Source: Gemmatimonadota bacterium (lineage in GTDB: Bacteria > JAAXHH01). Taken from it: a stretch of DNA of 50,258 bases. The notes below the pieces were generated by a model that did not search any database, was not told the origin of the DNA, and saw nothing but the letters and a program-made list of their open reading frames with translations. Each line of letters begins with the position of its first letter. Positions within the stretch are counted from its first letter, which is position 1. This document shows positions 33,653 through 43,172 of this stretch, one piece after another. Both the position numbers and the translations under genes were made by a program. The stretch is taken from positions 1-50,258 of the forward strand of contig JAPOOT010000370.1 in NCBI GenBank assembly GCA_026713285.1. The letters run 5' to 3'.

Positions 33653-35473
33653 ATGGCATTGATGAAACTACTGAGAGAACGAACCCACGTCGTCATGATT
33701 ATCCTGGTCATAGCCTTCATCGGTCTGATCGGCCTGGAATGGGGCGCCGACATGGCGGGCAGGGGGCCGGGTGGGCAGAACACCGTGGGATCGATAAACG
33801 GTGAATCGGTGTCCTATGAGGAAATGCGGTTTGAAGTGGAACGGGTGCAGGAAATCGAACGCCGGCAACAGGGCGGCACCCTGGACGAATTCAGGAGCCG
33901 GGAGATCATAAACGAGGTATGGGACCGGCGCATCGAACTCACGTTGCTCGGACAGCAAATCGGAAGACAGGGGATTTTCGTAACCGACGCCGAAATACTG
34001 GAAGCGATTCGCAACAATCCACCGGAATATGTCCGGCAGCAGGAGATGTTCCAGACGGACGGCGAATTCGACCAGACCAAGTATCTCCAGGCGCTGAACG
34101 ACCCGGCCGTCGAAGGCTGGGCGTTCCTCGAAGACCAGTACCGCACGCTGCTGCCCCGGCGGAAGCTCATCAATCGGGTGATCTCGGGCGCGCGCGTCAC
34201 GGATCTGGAAGTAAGGCAGGCTTTTGAGGAACAAAACGAGCAGTTGACGGCCAAATACCTCTTTTTCGATCCTGAAGATCAGGAAGTGGAACCGGAATCG
34301 ATCACCGACGGCGACATCGCCGCGTACTACGCGGATCATGCCGAAGCCTTCATGGAGGACGACCGGGTTTCGTTAACCTACGTCAGGATTCCGAAGCAAC
34401 CGAGCGTGGCCGACTCCCAGCGCGTCGAACGGCAGATCGACGAGCTATACGGGCAGCTCGTCGACGGCGCCGATTTCGCAACGCTGGCCAGGGACTTCTC
34501 CGAGGACGCATCCAATGCCGCCGAGGGGGGAGACCTGGGGTTTTTCGGTAGAAACACCATGGTCCCGGAATTTGAGGCGGTAGCCTTCGCAACGCCCCCG
34601 GGCACCATCTCCGAACCCGTAAAAACGCAGCACGGATGGCACATTATCCAGGTGGAAGAGGCTACGGACAGGGATGGCGTAGAGCAGGTTCGCGCGCGCC
34701 ATATTCTCTTGAAGACCATTACTGGCCAGCAAACCCTCAGCACGCTGCTTGAACAGGCGGGACAACTACGAACCCGGGCACTCGAAAGCAGCCTGAGCGA
34801 AGCCGTCCTCGGCATGCCGGATTCCCTGGAGATCGAAACCACCGGGTTATTCACCGACCGCCCCGACGGATTCATCCCGGGCATCGGGTACCTGGTAGGC
34901 GCTTCGTCCTTCGCCTTCGGTTCGGAACCCGGTGACATCAGCGAAGCGCTGGAAAACGCCAACGGTTTTTACGTACTCGCGAACGCAGAGGAAAAGCCGG
35001 CCGGCGTGCTGCCCCTGGAGGAAGTGGCTTTGCGCATCCGGTCGATCCTCGTGCGGAATCAGAAAATGGATCGGGCCAGACTGCGGGGCGAGGAGGTCAG
35101 GGCGGGCCTCGGCGGCGGGAACCTTGACGCGTTGAGCGGCGCCCTGGCGGACCGTGTCGTCGCCACGGATCCCATTTCGCGACAACAGGCTTTCATCCCC
35201 AGAATCGGGCAGGATCTGGCTTTCATCAAGGGCGCGTTCCAGCTGGCGGAGACCGGTGCGCTCAGCGAAGTGGTCGAAGGGGAAAGGGGTTATTACCTCA
35301 TTCAACTGGTAACCAGAGAGCCGGTCGACGAGACAACCTACGAAATGGTGAAAGATGGCCTGAAACGGCAGCTGCTGCTTCAGAAGCAGAATCAGCTGTA
35401 CGAGGAATGGCTGACCAAGCTGCGCGAAGACGCAGACATCGAGAACAACCTGAGGGCCTTTTTCGCCATATAA
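33653..35473 (+). CDS. ppiD: Periplasmic chaperone / peptidyl-prolyl isomerase PpiD (parvulin domain)
   Basis: Start trimmed to ATG 33653 (MALMKLLRERTHVVMIILVIAFIGLIG, AAGGAG 8 nt upstream). N-terminal TM anchor, SurA-like chaperone region and a parvulin domain (GGDLGFFGRNTMVPEFEAVAF...QHGWHIIQVEE). Confidence 0.88.
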   Translation: MALMKLLRERTHVVMIILVIAFIGLIGLEWGADMAGRGPGGQNTVGSINGESVSYEEMRFEVERVQEIERRQQGGTLDEFRSREIINEVWDRRIELTLLGQQIGRQGIFVTDAEILEAIRNNPPEYVRQQEMFQTDGEFDQTKYLQALNDPAVEGWAFLEDQYRTLLPRRKLINRVISGARVTDLEVRQAFEEQNEQLTAKYLFFDPEDQEVEPESITDGDIAAYYADHAEAFMEDDRVSLTYVRIPKQPSVADSQRVERQIDELYGQLVDGADFATLARDFSEDASNAAEGGDLGFFGRNTMVPEFEAVAFATPPGTISEPVKTQHGWHIIQVEEATDRDGVEQVRARHILLKTITGQQTLSTLLEQAGQLRTRALESSLSEAVLGMPDSLEIETTGLFTDRPDGFIPGIGYLVGASSFAFGSEPGDISEALENANGFYVLANAEEKPAGVLPLEEVALRIRSILVRNQKMDRARLRGEEVRAGLGGGNLDALSGALADRVVATDPISRQQAFIPRIGQDLAFIKGAFQLAETGALSEVVEGERGYYLIQLVTREPVDETTYEMVKDGLKRQLLLQKQNQLYEEWLTKLREDADIENNLRAFFAI

Positions 35474-35546
35474 GGCTTATCCGCTTCCATCGGCCAACCG
35501 CTGAAGCCACCATACCACCCCATCGGCAGTCAGCGGACGTAGTACG

Positions 35547-37766
35547 CTACATGATCCGTTCGCGCATCGCGGCGATCATCCTCCGGGCACGCATCCTGGC
35601 CTCGTACTTCTGTTGCGCCAGGCGGCGCCGAGTCGGGTTCTCCACCTGCAACTGCATGTGAAACCTGAAGCATTGGGACGTGCCCGATGGACGCACGGTC
35701 ATGTAATTCAGTCTTTCCTCGTCGAAGTAGAACCGAATGCCCTCATCGGGAAAACCGGGCCACTGGTGCGCATCCGCGTACTTGCCCGCAACGAAGGTTT
35801 CCGACGACAGCACCGGAAGACCGTCCAGCGATATGGATTCGCCTTCCCGGACGCGTTCCCCCAGGTCGGCGCATCGCCTGAGGCAATCGATCTTCCGCGT
35901 CAACCCCTCCAGTCCCGCGAATTCTCCCCACTGCGGAACGGGCACGACATCGGTCACGAAACATCCGATGTCAGGATCCAGGTAGATCTTTTCGTCTATC
36001 AGGTCATAGATCGTCGTCCCGATGGACGCGGCATAGGCCGCCACCTCGGCGAGCAGGATCGCGGCGAAGACCCCGTCCTTGTCCCGCACGTGCCCGTTCG
36101 TTCCCATGGCCTCGGCCGTGGCCGGCGGGCCACCCAGTATACTGAATCCGTTACTTTGTTCAAGGCACCCCACATTGTAGCTTCGAGGCTTATCATCCAT
36201 ATCCACGGCCTGATAGATGATGTCCCTGAAACGGGGATCCGACAGGTCGTCTCCAGACCAAACGCGTTCGACCGCATTGGCGATCAAGCCGAAACCGACC
36301 CAGGTCTTGATGACGCCAAGCCCGTACTTTCGAGCGAGCCGGACCAGTGCGTCGGTCGTAATATGGGAAAGCACGACGAAGGACTCCTCCGGCCGGGGGC
36401 GAAACGCCCGTGAATCCCCGGCATCCCTGGACAGGCGGTACCAGAGCAGCAGGGACCAGGCATCGTCGGCCGACAACAGGATATGGGACCTGTTCTCGTG
36501 GTACTCCCGGGATTCCAGGGGGACCTTGATCACGAGTCCCGCCCGGTCGGCATCCGGGTCGGTCCCGATCATGAGGTCGAGGCCTTCCAGGGTTTCCGCG
36601 CCGTACTGTTCCCGGTAAGCGTTCACGGCAATCTCCGCAGCCATGGGGTCACCGGGGTCCGGTTGTTGTTCAGGGTGATCCTGAAATGCGGGGAAAAGGC
36701 CGTTGAGCTCGTTCAACTGGTGCCTGGTTATCCGGTTCACGCGGGTGAAACCGAAGTCCTTCAACAACCGCGGCACGGCCTTACGCCCGGCCCCGTGGAA
36801 GGCGCAATACCCGATCCGGACAGTGGGCGCCCAGGACTTCGTCATGGCCGGGTTGGATATGAAGCCCCTAATCTGGTCCTGGTACATCCGGTGGATATCG
36901 ACGAGGGGACGGCCCAGGTAGTCGAAGCCGGACAACGGGACCGCCCCGCCCAGAAACACGAGCCTGTTGCCGTCCCGGCCAGGATCCTCGGGGTGATCCG
37001 GATCGACGCCGGCTTCATTGTAGTCCACGAGGGCGATATGGGCCGGGATCGTTCTCCTGATGTAGTCGTTATAGATTACGGCACGTTCCCCCGGTGGAAA
37101 CTGCGATCCCGTACCGGCAGAAAGCTTGTAGCCATTGTATCTGCGGTCGTTGTGGCTCGCCGAGATCAGGATGCCCATGTCGGCGCCCAGCGTTGGAATG
37201 GCGAAGGTCATTTCCGGATAGGGGCAGGCTTCGTCGAACAGGTAGACCTTCAGTCCCGCCGCCAGGAAAACCCGGGACACCAGCCGCGCGAAGTCCTGGC
37301 CCGCGACCCGGCTGTCATATCCGATGACGATGGCCCCGAGCCCATGATCGACAGCGTATTTCGCCACGCCCGTGGATTTCAGCAGAAGAACGATGTTGTT
37401 GAGGGTATTCGGCCCCTTGAGGATGGGGGCATCCATGCCGTCGCGGGAAAGGATCTGCAGTTCTGCATCCGACATCGCGGCCTTGCCGCGTATACCCGCC
37501 GTGCCGAACTTGATCTCGTCCACGAAGGCTTCGACCAGTTCGGCCCACCTGTCCGCTTCGACCGCGGTTCTCAGTCCTTCTCCGAGCCGGGGGGACAGCC
37601 GGATGATGTGCGGGTCGGTCAGCCAGCCGCGGAGATTCGGGACTACGTTGCGGCGGGCCTGTTCGTAGAGTCCTTCATCGATCAGCCCGCGCCGGAACTG
37701 CCCCTCGAGGAAGGCGAAAATCCCGTCTTTCGCCTTTCGTACGACGGCGTCATCGGCGATCGCCAT
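35547..37766 (-). CDS. Alpha-D-phosphohexomutase family protein (phosphoglucomutase/phosphomannomutase-like), long form
   Basis: FGTAGIRGK and an active-site loop ILISASHNDRRYNGYK (canonical T/SASHNP with D in place of P). Start trimmed to ATG 37764-37766 (MAIADDAVV...), 4 nt after the rpmA stop. At 739 aa it is longer than typical family members. Confidence 0.82.
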   Translation of the reverse strand: MAIADDAVVRKAKDGIFAFLEGQFRRGLIDEGLYEQARRNVVPNLRGWLTDPHIIRLSPRLGEGLRTAVEADRWAELVEAFVDEIKFGTAGIRGKAAMSDAELQILSRDGMDAPILKGPNTLNNIVLLLKSTGVAKYAVDHGLGAIVIGYDSRVAGQDFARLVSRVFLAAGLKVYLFDEACPYPEMTFAIPTLGADMGILISASHNDRRYNGYKLSAGTGSQFPPGERAVIYNDYIRRTIPAHIALVDYNEAGVDPDHPEDPGRDGNRLVFLGGAVPLSGFDYLGRPLVDIHRMYQDQIRGFISNPAMTKSWAPTVRIGYCAFHGAGRKAVPRLLKDFGFTRVNRITRHQLNELNGLFPAFQDHPEQQPDPGDPMAAEIAVNAYREQYGAETLEGLDLMIGTDPDADRAGLVIKVPLESREYHENRSHILLSADDAWSLLLWYRLSRDAGDSRAFRPRPEESFVVLSHITTDALVRLARKYGLGVIKTWVGFGLIANAVERVWSGDDLSDPRFRDIIYQAVDMDDKPRSYNVGCLEQSNGFSILGGPPATAEAMGTNGHVRDKDGVFAAILLAEVAAYAASIGTTIYDLIDEKIYLDPDIGCFVTDVVPVPQWGEFAGLEGLTRKIDCLRRCADLGERVREGESISLDGLPVLSSETFVAGKYADAHQWPGFPDEGIRFYFDEERLNYMTVRPSGTSQCFRFHMQLQVENPTRRRLAQQKYEARMRARRMIAAMRERIM

Positions 37767-37770
37767 GGGA

Positions 37771-38025
37771 TCACCCGTTGGCGATATGGACCTGCGTACG
37801 GCTCTTTCCGAGCCGGCGGAACTGAACGACGCCATCCGCCAGGGCAAAGAGGGTGTCGTCGTTGCCCCGCCCGACGTTCGTACCAGGCAGAATACGCGTT
37901 CCCCGCTGCCGAACGAGGATGTTGCCGGCCCGGACGCGCATGCCGTCTCCGGTTTTCACGCCGAGAAACTTGGGATTGCTGTCTCTACCGTTGCGAGAAC
38001 TCCCTACGCCTTTCTTGTGGGCCAT
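37771..38025 (-). CDS. rpmA: 50S ribosomal protein L27
   Basis: [24 protein letters not shown]... Confidence 0.96.
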   Translation of the reverse strand: MAHKKGVGSSRNGRDSNPKFLGVKTGDGMRVRAGNILVRQRGTRILPGTNVGRGNDDTLFALADGVVQFRRLGKSRTQVHIANG

Positions 38026-38043
38026 GTCAAGGCTCCTCTCAAA

Positions 38044-38370
38044 TCAGTTGGTCACGCTTGGGTCGTAGTTGATTCCGGTTATTTCGAGCGCGGTATACTG
38101 CTGCCTGTGCCCTCTCTTCCGGCGGTAGTTCTTACGGCGTTTCATCTTGAACACCACGATTTTGGGATGACGCCCCTGTTCCGTTACCCTGGCCGTCACG
38201 GTAGCTCCGGCCACCGTCGGCGTACCGACCAGCGTCTCCCCGCCGCCCAGGAGGAGTACCTGGTCGATGGTGATCTCCTCGCCCACTTCGGCGGCAATCT
38301 TCTCGACCTTGATCTCATCCCCCTCGTTGACACTGAACTGCTGATCGCCCGATCTGATCACAGCGTACAT
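38044..38370 (-). CDS. rplU: 50S ribosomal protein L21
   Basis: [25 protein letters not shown]...[21 protein letters not shown]. Confidence 0.95.
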   Translation of the reverse strand: MYAVIRSGDQQFSVNEGDEIKVEKIAAEVGEEITIDQVLLLGGGETLVGTPTVAGATVTARVTEQGRHPKIVVFKMKRRKNYRRKRGHRQQYTALEITGINYDPSVTN

Positions 38371-38397
38371 CGATCACTCCTTGTCCATTTGGTCCGG

Positions 38398-39930
38398 TCA
38401 CTTGTACTCGTCGGTCACGTCCAGGTCCCGTTTGCCCGAAAACACGCGGAATTCCTCCACGTGCAGAAACGGATCTTCCTCGATCTGAAGTTGCATCTTG
38501 TATTCGTCCTGCAGGTTCACCAGTTTCTCCCGGCCGTTTTCGTTCAGACTCAACGCCACGGTGGGATGGACCTTGAGCCTGAGCCTTCGTTCTCTCAGAC
38601 CCGGTTTTGCCCGCTTCAGCCACCGGCCGATCTGGGTCACCATGGTAAGGCGCGACATGATTCGTCCGGTTCCGTCGCACACCGGGCACGCTTCGCTGAA
38701 GGTGAAGAGCAGGCTGGGACGGATCCGCTGACGGGTCATCTCTATCAGTCCGAATTCGCTGATCTCCTTGGACATGCGTGTCCGCGCGCGGTCGTGCGCC
38801 ATGACCTTTTCCATCTCCTGGTGCACCTGGCGCCGGTTTCCCCGGTCTTCCATGTCAATGAAATCTATAACGATGATGCCCCCGATGTCCCTGAGCCGAA
38901 GCTGCCGGGCGACCTCCGCGCAGGCTTCCAGGTTGGTCTGGTACACCGTTTCCTCGTGCCCCTTGGATCCCGCGTACCGTCCCGAATTCACGTCTATCGT
39001 CACCAGCGCTTCTGTGGGTTCGATGAGTATGTATCCGCCATTCTTCAGCCATACTTTCCGGTGCAGCGCCTTGCCGATCTCGTTTTCGATCCCGTAGGCG
39101 TCGAACACCGGCGCCGTCCCATCGTACATGTGAACGCGCGAGCGGAGCTGGGGGGCCACCCCCTTGAGGTATGCGAGGATCTCCTTGTATACCGCTTTCG
39201 AATCGATGATTACACTGTCGATATCGGGCGTGAACAGATCGCGTATCATCCCCGACGTCATTTCGACGTCCTTGTGGATCATGGCGGGGGCCGATGTATT
39301 CCCGACCTGTTTCTCGATATTCTTCGAGATTTTGGTCAACTGCTTGAGATCGTTCTTCAACTCGGAATCCGATTTGCCCAGTGCGGCCGTCCGCACGATG
39401 ACCCCGAAGTCGTCGGACTTGAGGCTTCGGGCCAGATCCCTTAGCCTGCGTTTTTCGCTCCAGTCGTCGATACGTCGCGACACGCCGACGTAATTGGCAT
39501 GGGGAACCAGCACGAGAAACCTGCCCGGCAGAGATATCTGGGAGGTGACCCGAGGTCCCTTGGTGCCGATCGACTCCTTCGTAATCTGAACTACGATTTC
39601 CTGGCCTTCCTTGACCATCTCCTGTATCCGGTATTCCCGGTCCCTGCTCCTGCCGGACCCGGAATCCTGGTTCTCGTCGTCATCGAAATCGATCCAGTCG
39701 GCCCCTCCGGTGACATCCGACGCCTGCAGGAAGGCCGCCTTGTCCATGCCGATATCGACGAAGGCTGCCTGAATACTCGGTATGACCGCCGTTACAACGC
39801 CCTTGCAGATATTCCCGACCACGCGTTCGTGTTCCGGGCGTTCGACCAGAAGCTCAACGAGATGGTTGTCCTCGAGCATGGCAATGCGCGTTTCGTGCGT
39901 GGCCGTCTCAACTATGATATCTTTCCGCAA
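38398..39930 (-). CDS. rng: Ribonuclease G (RNase E/G family, catalytic-domain-only form)
   Basis: S1 domain (GNICKGVVTAVIPSIQAAFVDIG), LVTIDVNSG, IIVIDFIDM and a Zn-link-like CPVCDGTG. TTG start at 39928-39930 with GAAGG 9 nt upstream. Confidence 0.9.
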   Translation of the reverse strand: MRKDIIVETATHETRIAMLEDNHLVELLVERPEHERVVGNICKGVVTAVIPSIQAAFVDIGMDKAAFLQASDVTGGADWIDFDDDENQDSGSGRSRDREYRIQEMVKEGQEIVVQITKESIGTKGPRVTSQISLPGRFLVLVPHANYVGVSRRIDDWSEKRRLRDLARSLKSDDFGVIVRTAALGKSDSELKNDLKQLTKISKNIEKQVGNTSAPAMIHKDVEMTSGMIRDLFTPDIDSVIIDSKAVYKEILAYLKGVAPQLRSRVHMYDGTAPVFDAYGIENEIGKALHRKVWLKNGGYILIEPTEALVTIDVNSGRYAGSKGHEETVYQTNLEACAEVARQLRLRDIGGIIVIDFIDMEDRGNRRQVHQEMEKVMAHDRARTRMSKEISEFGLIEMTRQRIRPSLLFTFSEACPVCDGTGRIMSRLTMVTQIGRWLKRAKPGLRERRLRLKVHPTVALSLNENGREKLVNLQDEYKMQLQIEEDPFLHVEEFRVFSGKRDLDVTDEYK

Positions 39931-39990
39931 ATAAAAACCTTCTGTCTGGCTCCAGGAGAGCCGGTTAAAGTAAGCGTTCCAAAGTAGTAA

Positions 39991-40019
39991 AATATAACAT
40001 GTGGACCGCTTGATGTCAA
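39991..40019 (-). promoter_or_regulatory. Candidate sigma70-type promoter for rng-rplU-rpmA (TTGACA-N17-TATATT)
   Basis: Minus strand reads TTGACA tcaagcggtccacatgt TATATT. The -35 overlaps the last codons of the upstream GT9 gene. A ~55-nt leader contains the hairpin GGCTC-tcctg-GAGCC (39948-39962). Confidence 0.5.
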
Positions 40020-41056
40020 GCTTCGACTGGAATGTATGGCTGTATCTTCGCGAGTACCTCTCGGGGTTCCAGCGTCGTCATGCAAATGTTGCCGATGGGA
40101 CATTCGATCCGATTGCAGCCGAGACAGTCGACGCTTTCCTTCCGCACCACACCGTGTCCATCGCCCCATGGCCCCTGTGCCCGGGGGTCGGTCGGACCGA
40201 AAATACCGACCGTCGGCACGTCCAGCGCCGCGGCCATGTGCATCGGACCGCTGTCGTTACTGACCAGCAGGCAGCAGCGTTTGAGGTAGGCGCCGAGATC
40301 CGCGAGCGTTACCGCGGGGATAACGAAGGGACGGTTACGCATGGCGCCGGCCACCGCTTCGACGAGCGCCTCTTCGCCCGGACCCCACATGACCAGGACT
40401 TCCACGCCGAATTCATCGATCAGGGCGTCTGCCAGGCGGCCGAAACTGTCCGGCGGCCACCGCTTGATTGCCCATCCTCCACCTGGATTCAGCCCGACGA
40501 CCGCGCGGCTTTCCTGGATATGCCCACGCAGCCACCGTCGCGCCTTTCCCTCGGCCGTTCCGGGTATGGCGACGGCTGGACGGCTGGTGACGACCGGGAT
40601 GTCCAGGGCCTCGAGGGTCTCGAGGTGGAAAAGGACCTCGTGCCCCGCCCGTTCCGGGGGCGCAACCACGGTGTTGTAGGCGAGGCGACGCCCCCTGAAG
40701 GCGTAGCCGACCCGGTTCGCCGCCCCGCTCAGCCAGGTCAGCACGGCGCTGCGCGGGTTGCCGAAGAGGTCTATCGCGAGATCGAAACGCCTGCGGCGCA
40801 GGTTACGGTAGAAACGAGCCTGCTCGCGCCAGGACCGCCGGAAACCGGCGCGTTTCCACCGTCGAACCGGCAGCACGATGAGGTCATCCAGGAATTCATT
40901 CCATCTCAATACGTCAGCGGAGGCCTCTTCCGTCAGAAATGTGATTCGGGCCCCGGGAAACCGCCGCTTCAGGTTTTCGATTACGGGCGTGGAAAGAACG
41001 ACGTCCCCTGTGGCTCGCAGTTTTATGACCAGGATTCGTTCGGGTGATACGGGCAT
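40016..41056 (-). CDS. Glycosyltransferase family 9 (LPS heptosyltransferase-like)
   Basis: ILVIKLRATGDVVLSTPVIENLKRRFPGA, FDLAIDLFGNPRSA, LVSNDSGPMHMAAAL. Start trimmed to ATG 41054-41056. Confidence 0.85.
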   Translation of the reverse strand: MPVSPERILVIKLRATGDVVLSTPVIENLKRRFPGARITFLTEEASADVLRWNEFLDDLIVLPVRRWKRAGFRRSWREQARFYRNLRRRRFDLAIDLFGNPRSAVLTWLSGAANRVGYAFRGRRLAYNTVVAPPERAGHEVLFHLETLEALDIPVVTSRPAVAIPGTAEGKARRWLRGHIQESRAVVGLNPGGGWAIKRWPPDSFGRLADALIDEFGVEVLVMWGPGEEALVEAVAGAMRNRPFVIPAVTLADLGAYLKRCCLLVSNDSGPMHMAAALDVPTVGIFGPTDPRAQGPWGDGHGVVRKESVDCLGCNRIECPIGNICMTTLEPREVLAKIQPYIPVEA

Positions 41057-41076
41057 GGATTGTTCCGGTTGGTTGA

Positions 41077-42120
41077 TTAAACGGACCGGCCTAGCAGGGA
41101 TTCCGCGGTGTCGAGCACTTTGCGCGGCGAGATCGATTCGATGCAGGGCGTCGGCCTGATGCAAAAATCGCGGCCGCAGCAGTTGTCCGTCTCGGCCCGC
41201 AGCGCGACGTGCCCTTCCTCAGCCGAATAGGGAAACCAGATCTCCGGCCGGCTCGGTCCGAAGAGGCCGATCGTAGGTGTGCCCACGGCGACAGCGATAT
41301 GCATCGGACCACAATCATTTGAAACGTACAGGCGGCAACGGTGGATCAACGCCGCCAGACGGGTGAGTGAATCGGTATGCACGACGGGACAGTCATGGGC
41401 GGTCAGCGCGTCTGTTACATCCTTGAACTCCCGCTGACCCGGTCCCGCCACCAACAGGACCGCCGCTTTCAGTTCTCCGGTCAACCCCGCCGCCAGTTCG
41501 GCGAACCGCCCCGCGCTCCAGGTCTTGGCCGGCCAACTGGCGCCGGGGTTCAAGGCGACAATCGGACGGGTGCCGTCGATCCCCTGCGCCCTAAGCCAGG
41601 AGTCCGCCCACTTCGCGTCTTCCACGGAGAAATGCACTTCGGTGCGATCGTCCTCGACCGGAACCCCTATCGTCCGAACGGCGTCCAGGTAGGCATCGAG
41701 CACCCGGCGGGATCCGGTCCGCCTGATCTTGACATTATACGCCCGGCCCCTTCCCCGCACATCATAGCCGACCCGGTACCGCGCGCCCGTGGCCAGGGTC
41801 AGCAACGCGCTTCGGGGATTGCCGAAGAGATCGATCGACAGGTCGAACCGCCGCTTTCGCAAAGAACGGAGGAACCGCACCTGGGCAGCGCACCGGGTCA
41901 GGACGGCCCGGCCTGGAAGGAGCTCGTCCGGCAGCACGATCACTTCTTCCAGGTGGGGGTTCCGTGCCAGGACCGCCGCGGGTCCCGACTCCGCCAGATA
42001 GTAGAGGCACGCTTCCGGGTACTGACGCTTCAGCGCCCTGATCACCGGCGTGGTAAGCACGACATCGCCGATGAACCGCAAACGGGATATGAGTATCCGA
42101 TCCAGTTCCGGTGCTTTCAT
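41077..42120 (-). CDS. Glycosyltransferase family 9 (LPS heptosyltransferase-like)
   Basis: ILISRLRFIGDVVLTTPVIRALKRQYPEA, FDLSIDLFGNPRSA, YVSNDCGPMHIAVAV. The start is uncertain: ATG 42118-42120 or GTG 42160-42162. Confidence 0.85.
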   Translation of the reverse strand: MKAPELDRILISRLRFIGDVVLTTPVIRALKRQYPEACLYYLAESGPAAVLARNPHLEEVIVLPDELLPGRAVLTRCAAQVRFLRSLRKRRFDLSIDLFGNPRSALLTLATGARYRVGYDVRGRGRAYNVKIRRTGSRRVLDAYLDAVRTIGVPVEDDRTEVHFSVEDAKWADSWLRAQGIDGTRPIVALNPGASWPAKTWSAGRFAELAAGLTGELKAAVLLVAGPGQREFKDVTDALTAHDCPVVHTDSLTRLAALIHRCRLYVSNDCGPMHIAVAVGTPTIGLFGPSRPEIWFPYSAEEGHVALRAETDNCCGRDFCIRPTPCIESISPRKVLDTAESLLGRSV

Positions 42121-42192
42121 GGTAGTCAAGGGGTGTCCATTTAGCGCGCGGTATCCGAGCACGTGCGGAATCCGAGCGCATGTGGAATCCGA

Positions 42193-43152
42193 CTATCCGG
42201 CCTGTTCGCTACCGGCCCACCTGGATGTGGATCGCAGGATCTCGCGGTCGGAGACCACGGGTTCCGGATCGGACCGCCGCCGCTTCATCACCGCGTCCCA
42301 CCGGGCCGTTGCGTCCACGAGCGCTCCGAGAAAGGCCATATCGCCCTTCAGCATCGCGCCGAACGAGCGGGCGATCATCCATAGGACATGACCGGCCAGG
42401 TACCGGCCGTCCCGTACGTTGCGCCACACGAAGAGGATCCGGTTTCTCTTGCTGACCCGGTCGATGCGGGTCTGATCATGGTTGGCGCCGATCGTGGCGC
42501 CGTGATCGTGGTCAAGCCGGCTTTCCGGTTCATATCGCACGGTCCATCCCCGCTGGTACGCACGGAATGACAGGTCCAGGTCTTCCGAGTAAAAGGGCGC
42601 GTACAGGATGTCGAATCCACCGAGCGACAGGTACTTGTCCCGGGAAACCGCCATGGCGGCCCCATTGGCGTACAGCGTGAGTCCTCCGGTTTCGCGCCGG
42701 GACTCGCTTTCGGCCCACCTGAGCCGTAACAGCCCGCAGTGCATGTACCCCCGCACCAGCCCGCCGCCGGGACGCCGGTCCGCGGCGTGGTAGACCCGGG
42801 GATTGACGGCAAACACCCGGTCATCCCGGAAATGGGAAAGGAGCGGATCCAGGAACGGGCCGGTGGCGACGACGTCGTTGTTGAGCAGGACCACGACGTC
42901 GTGCGATGCCCGGGACACGCCCGTGTTGCACGCCGCGGCAAAACCCCTGTTCTCTTCGTGCCTGGCCACGACCGCATCCGGACAGGCCGCCTCTATCCTT
43001 TCGACGGAGTCGTCCGTGCCGCCGTCGTCGACCACGACGATCTCCGTACGGTCCGCTTCCCCGTGATCCTTCAGTGCGCGCAGGCACCGTTCGATCAATG
43101 AACCCGCGTTCCACGTCGGTATCACGATACTGCATCGCTTGCCCTGTGCCAT
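42193..43152 (-). CDS. Glycosyltransferase family 2
   Basis: CSIVIPTWNAGSLIERCL, EIVVVDDGGTDDS, LLNNDVV (GT-A fold DxD region). Confidence 0.85.
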   Translation of the reverse strand: MAQGKRCSIVIPTWNAGSLIERCLRALKDHGEADRTEIVVVDDGGTDDSVERIEAACPDAVVARHEENRGFAAACNTGVSRASHDVVVLLNNDVVATGPFLDPLLSHFRDDRVFAVNPRVYHAADRRPGGGLVRGYMHCGLLRLRWAESESRRETGGLTLYANGAAMAVSRDKYLSLGGFDILYAPFYSEDLDLSFRAYQRGWTVRYEPESRLDHDHGATIGANHDQTRIDRVSKRNRILFVWRNVRDGRYLAGHVLWMIARSFGAMLKGDMAFLGALVDATARWDAVMKRRRSDPEPVVSDREILRSTSRWAGSEQAG

Positions 43153-43172
43153 AATTCAGTCCGAATTGTCCG

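Noticed and set aside
35474-35546. The convergent ppiD/phosphohexomutase gap, with inverted repeat CCGCTGA-N25-TCAGCGG, considered as a bidirectional terminator.
   Set aside because: The loop is too long (25 nt) and there is no T/A-tract on either side. There is not enough evidence to call a terminator.
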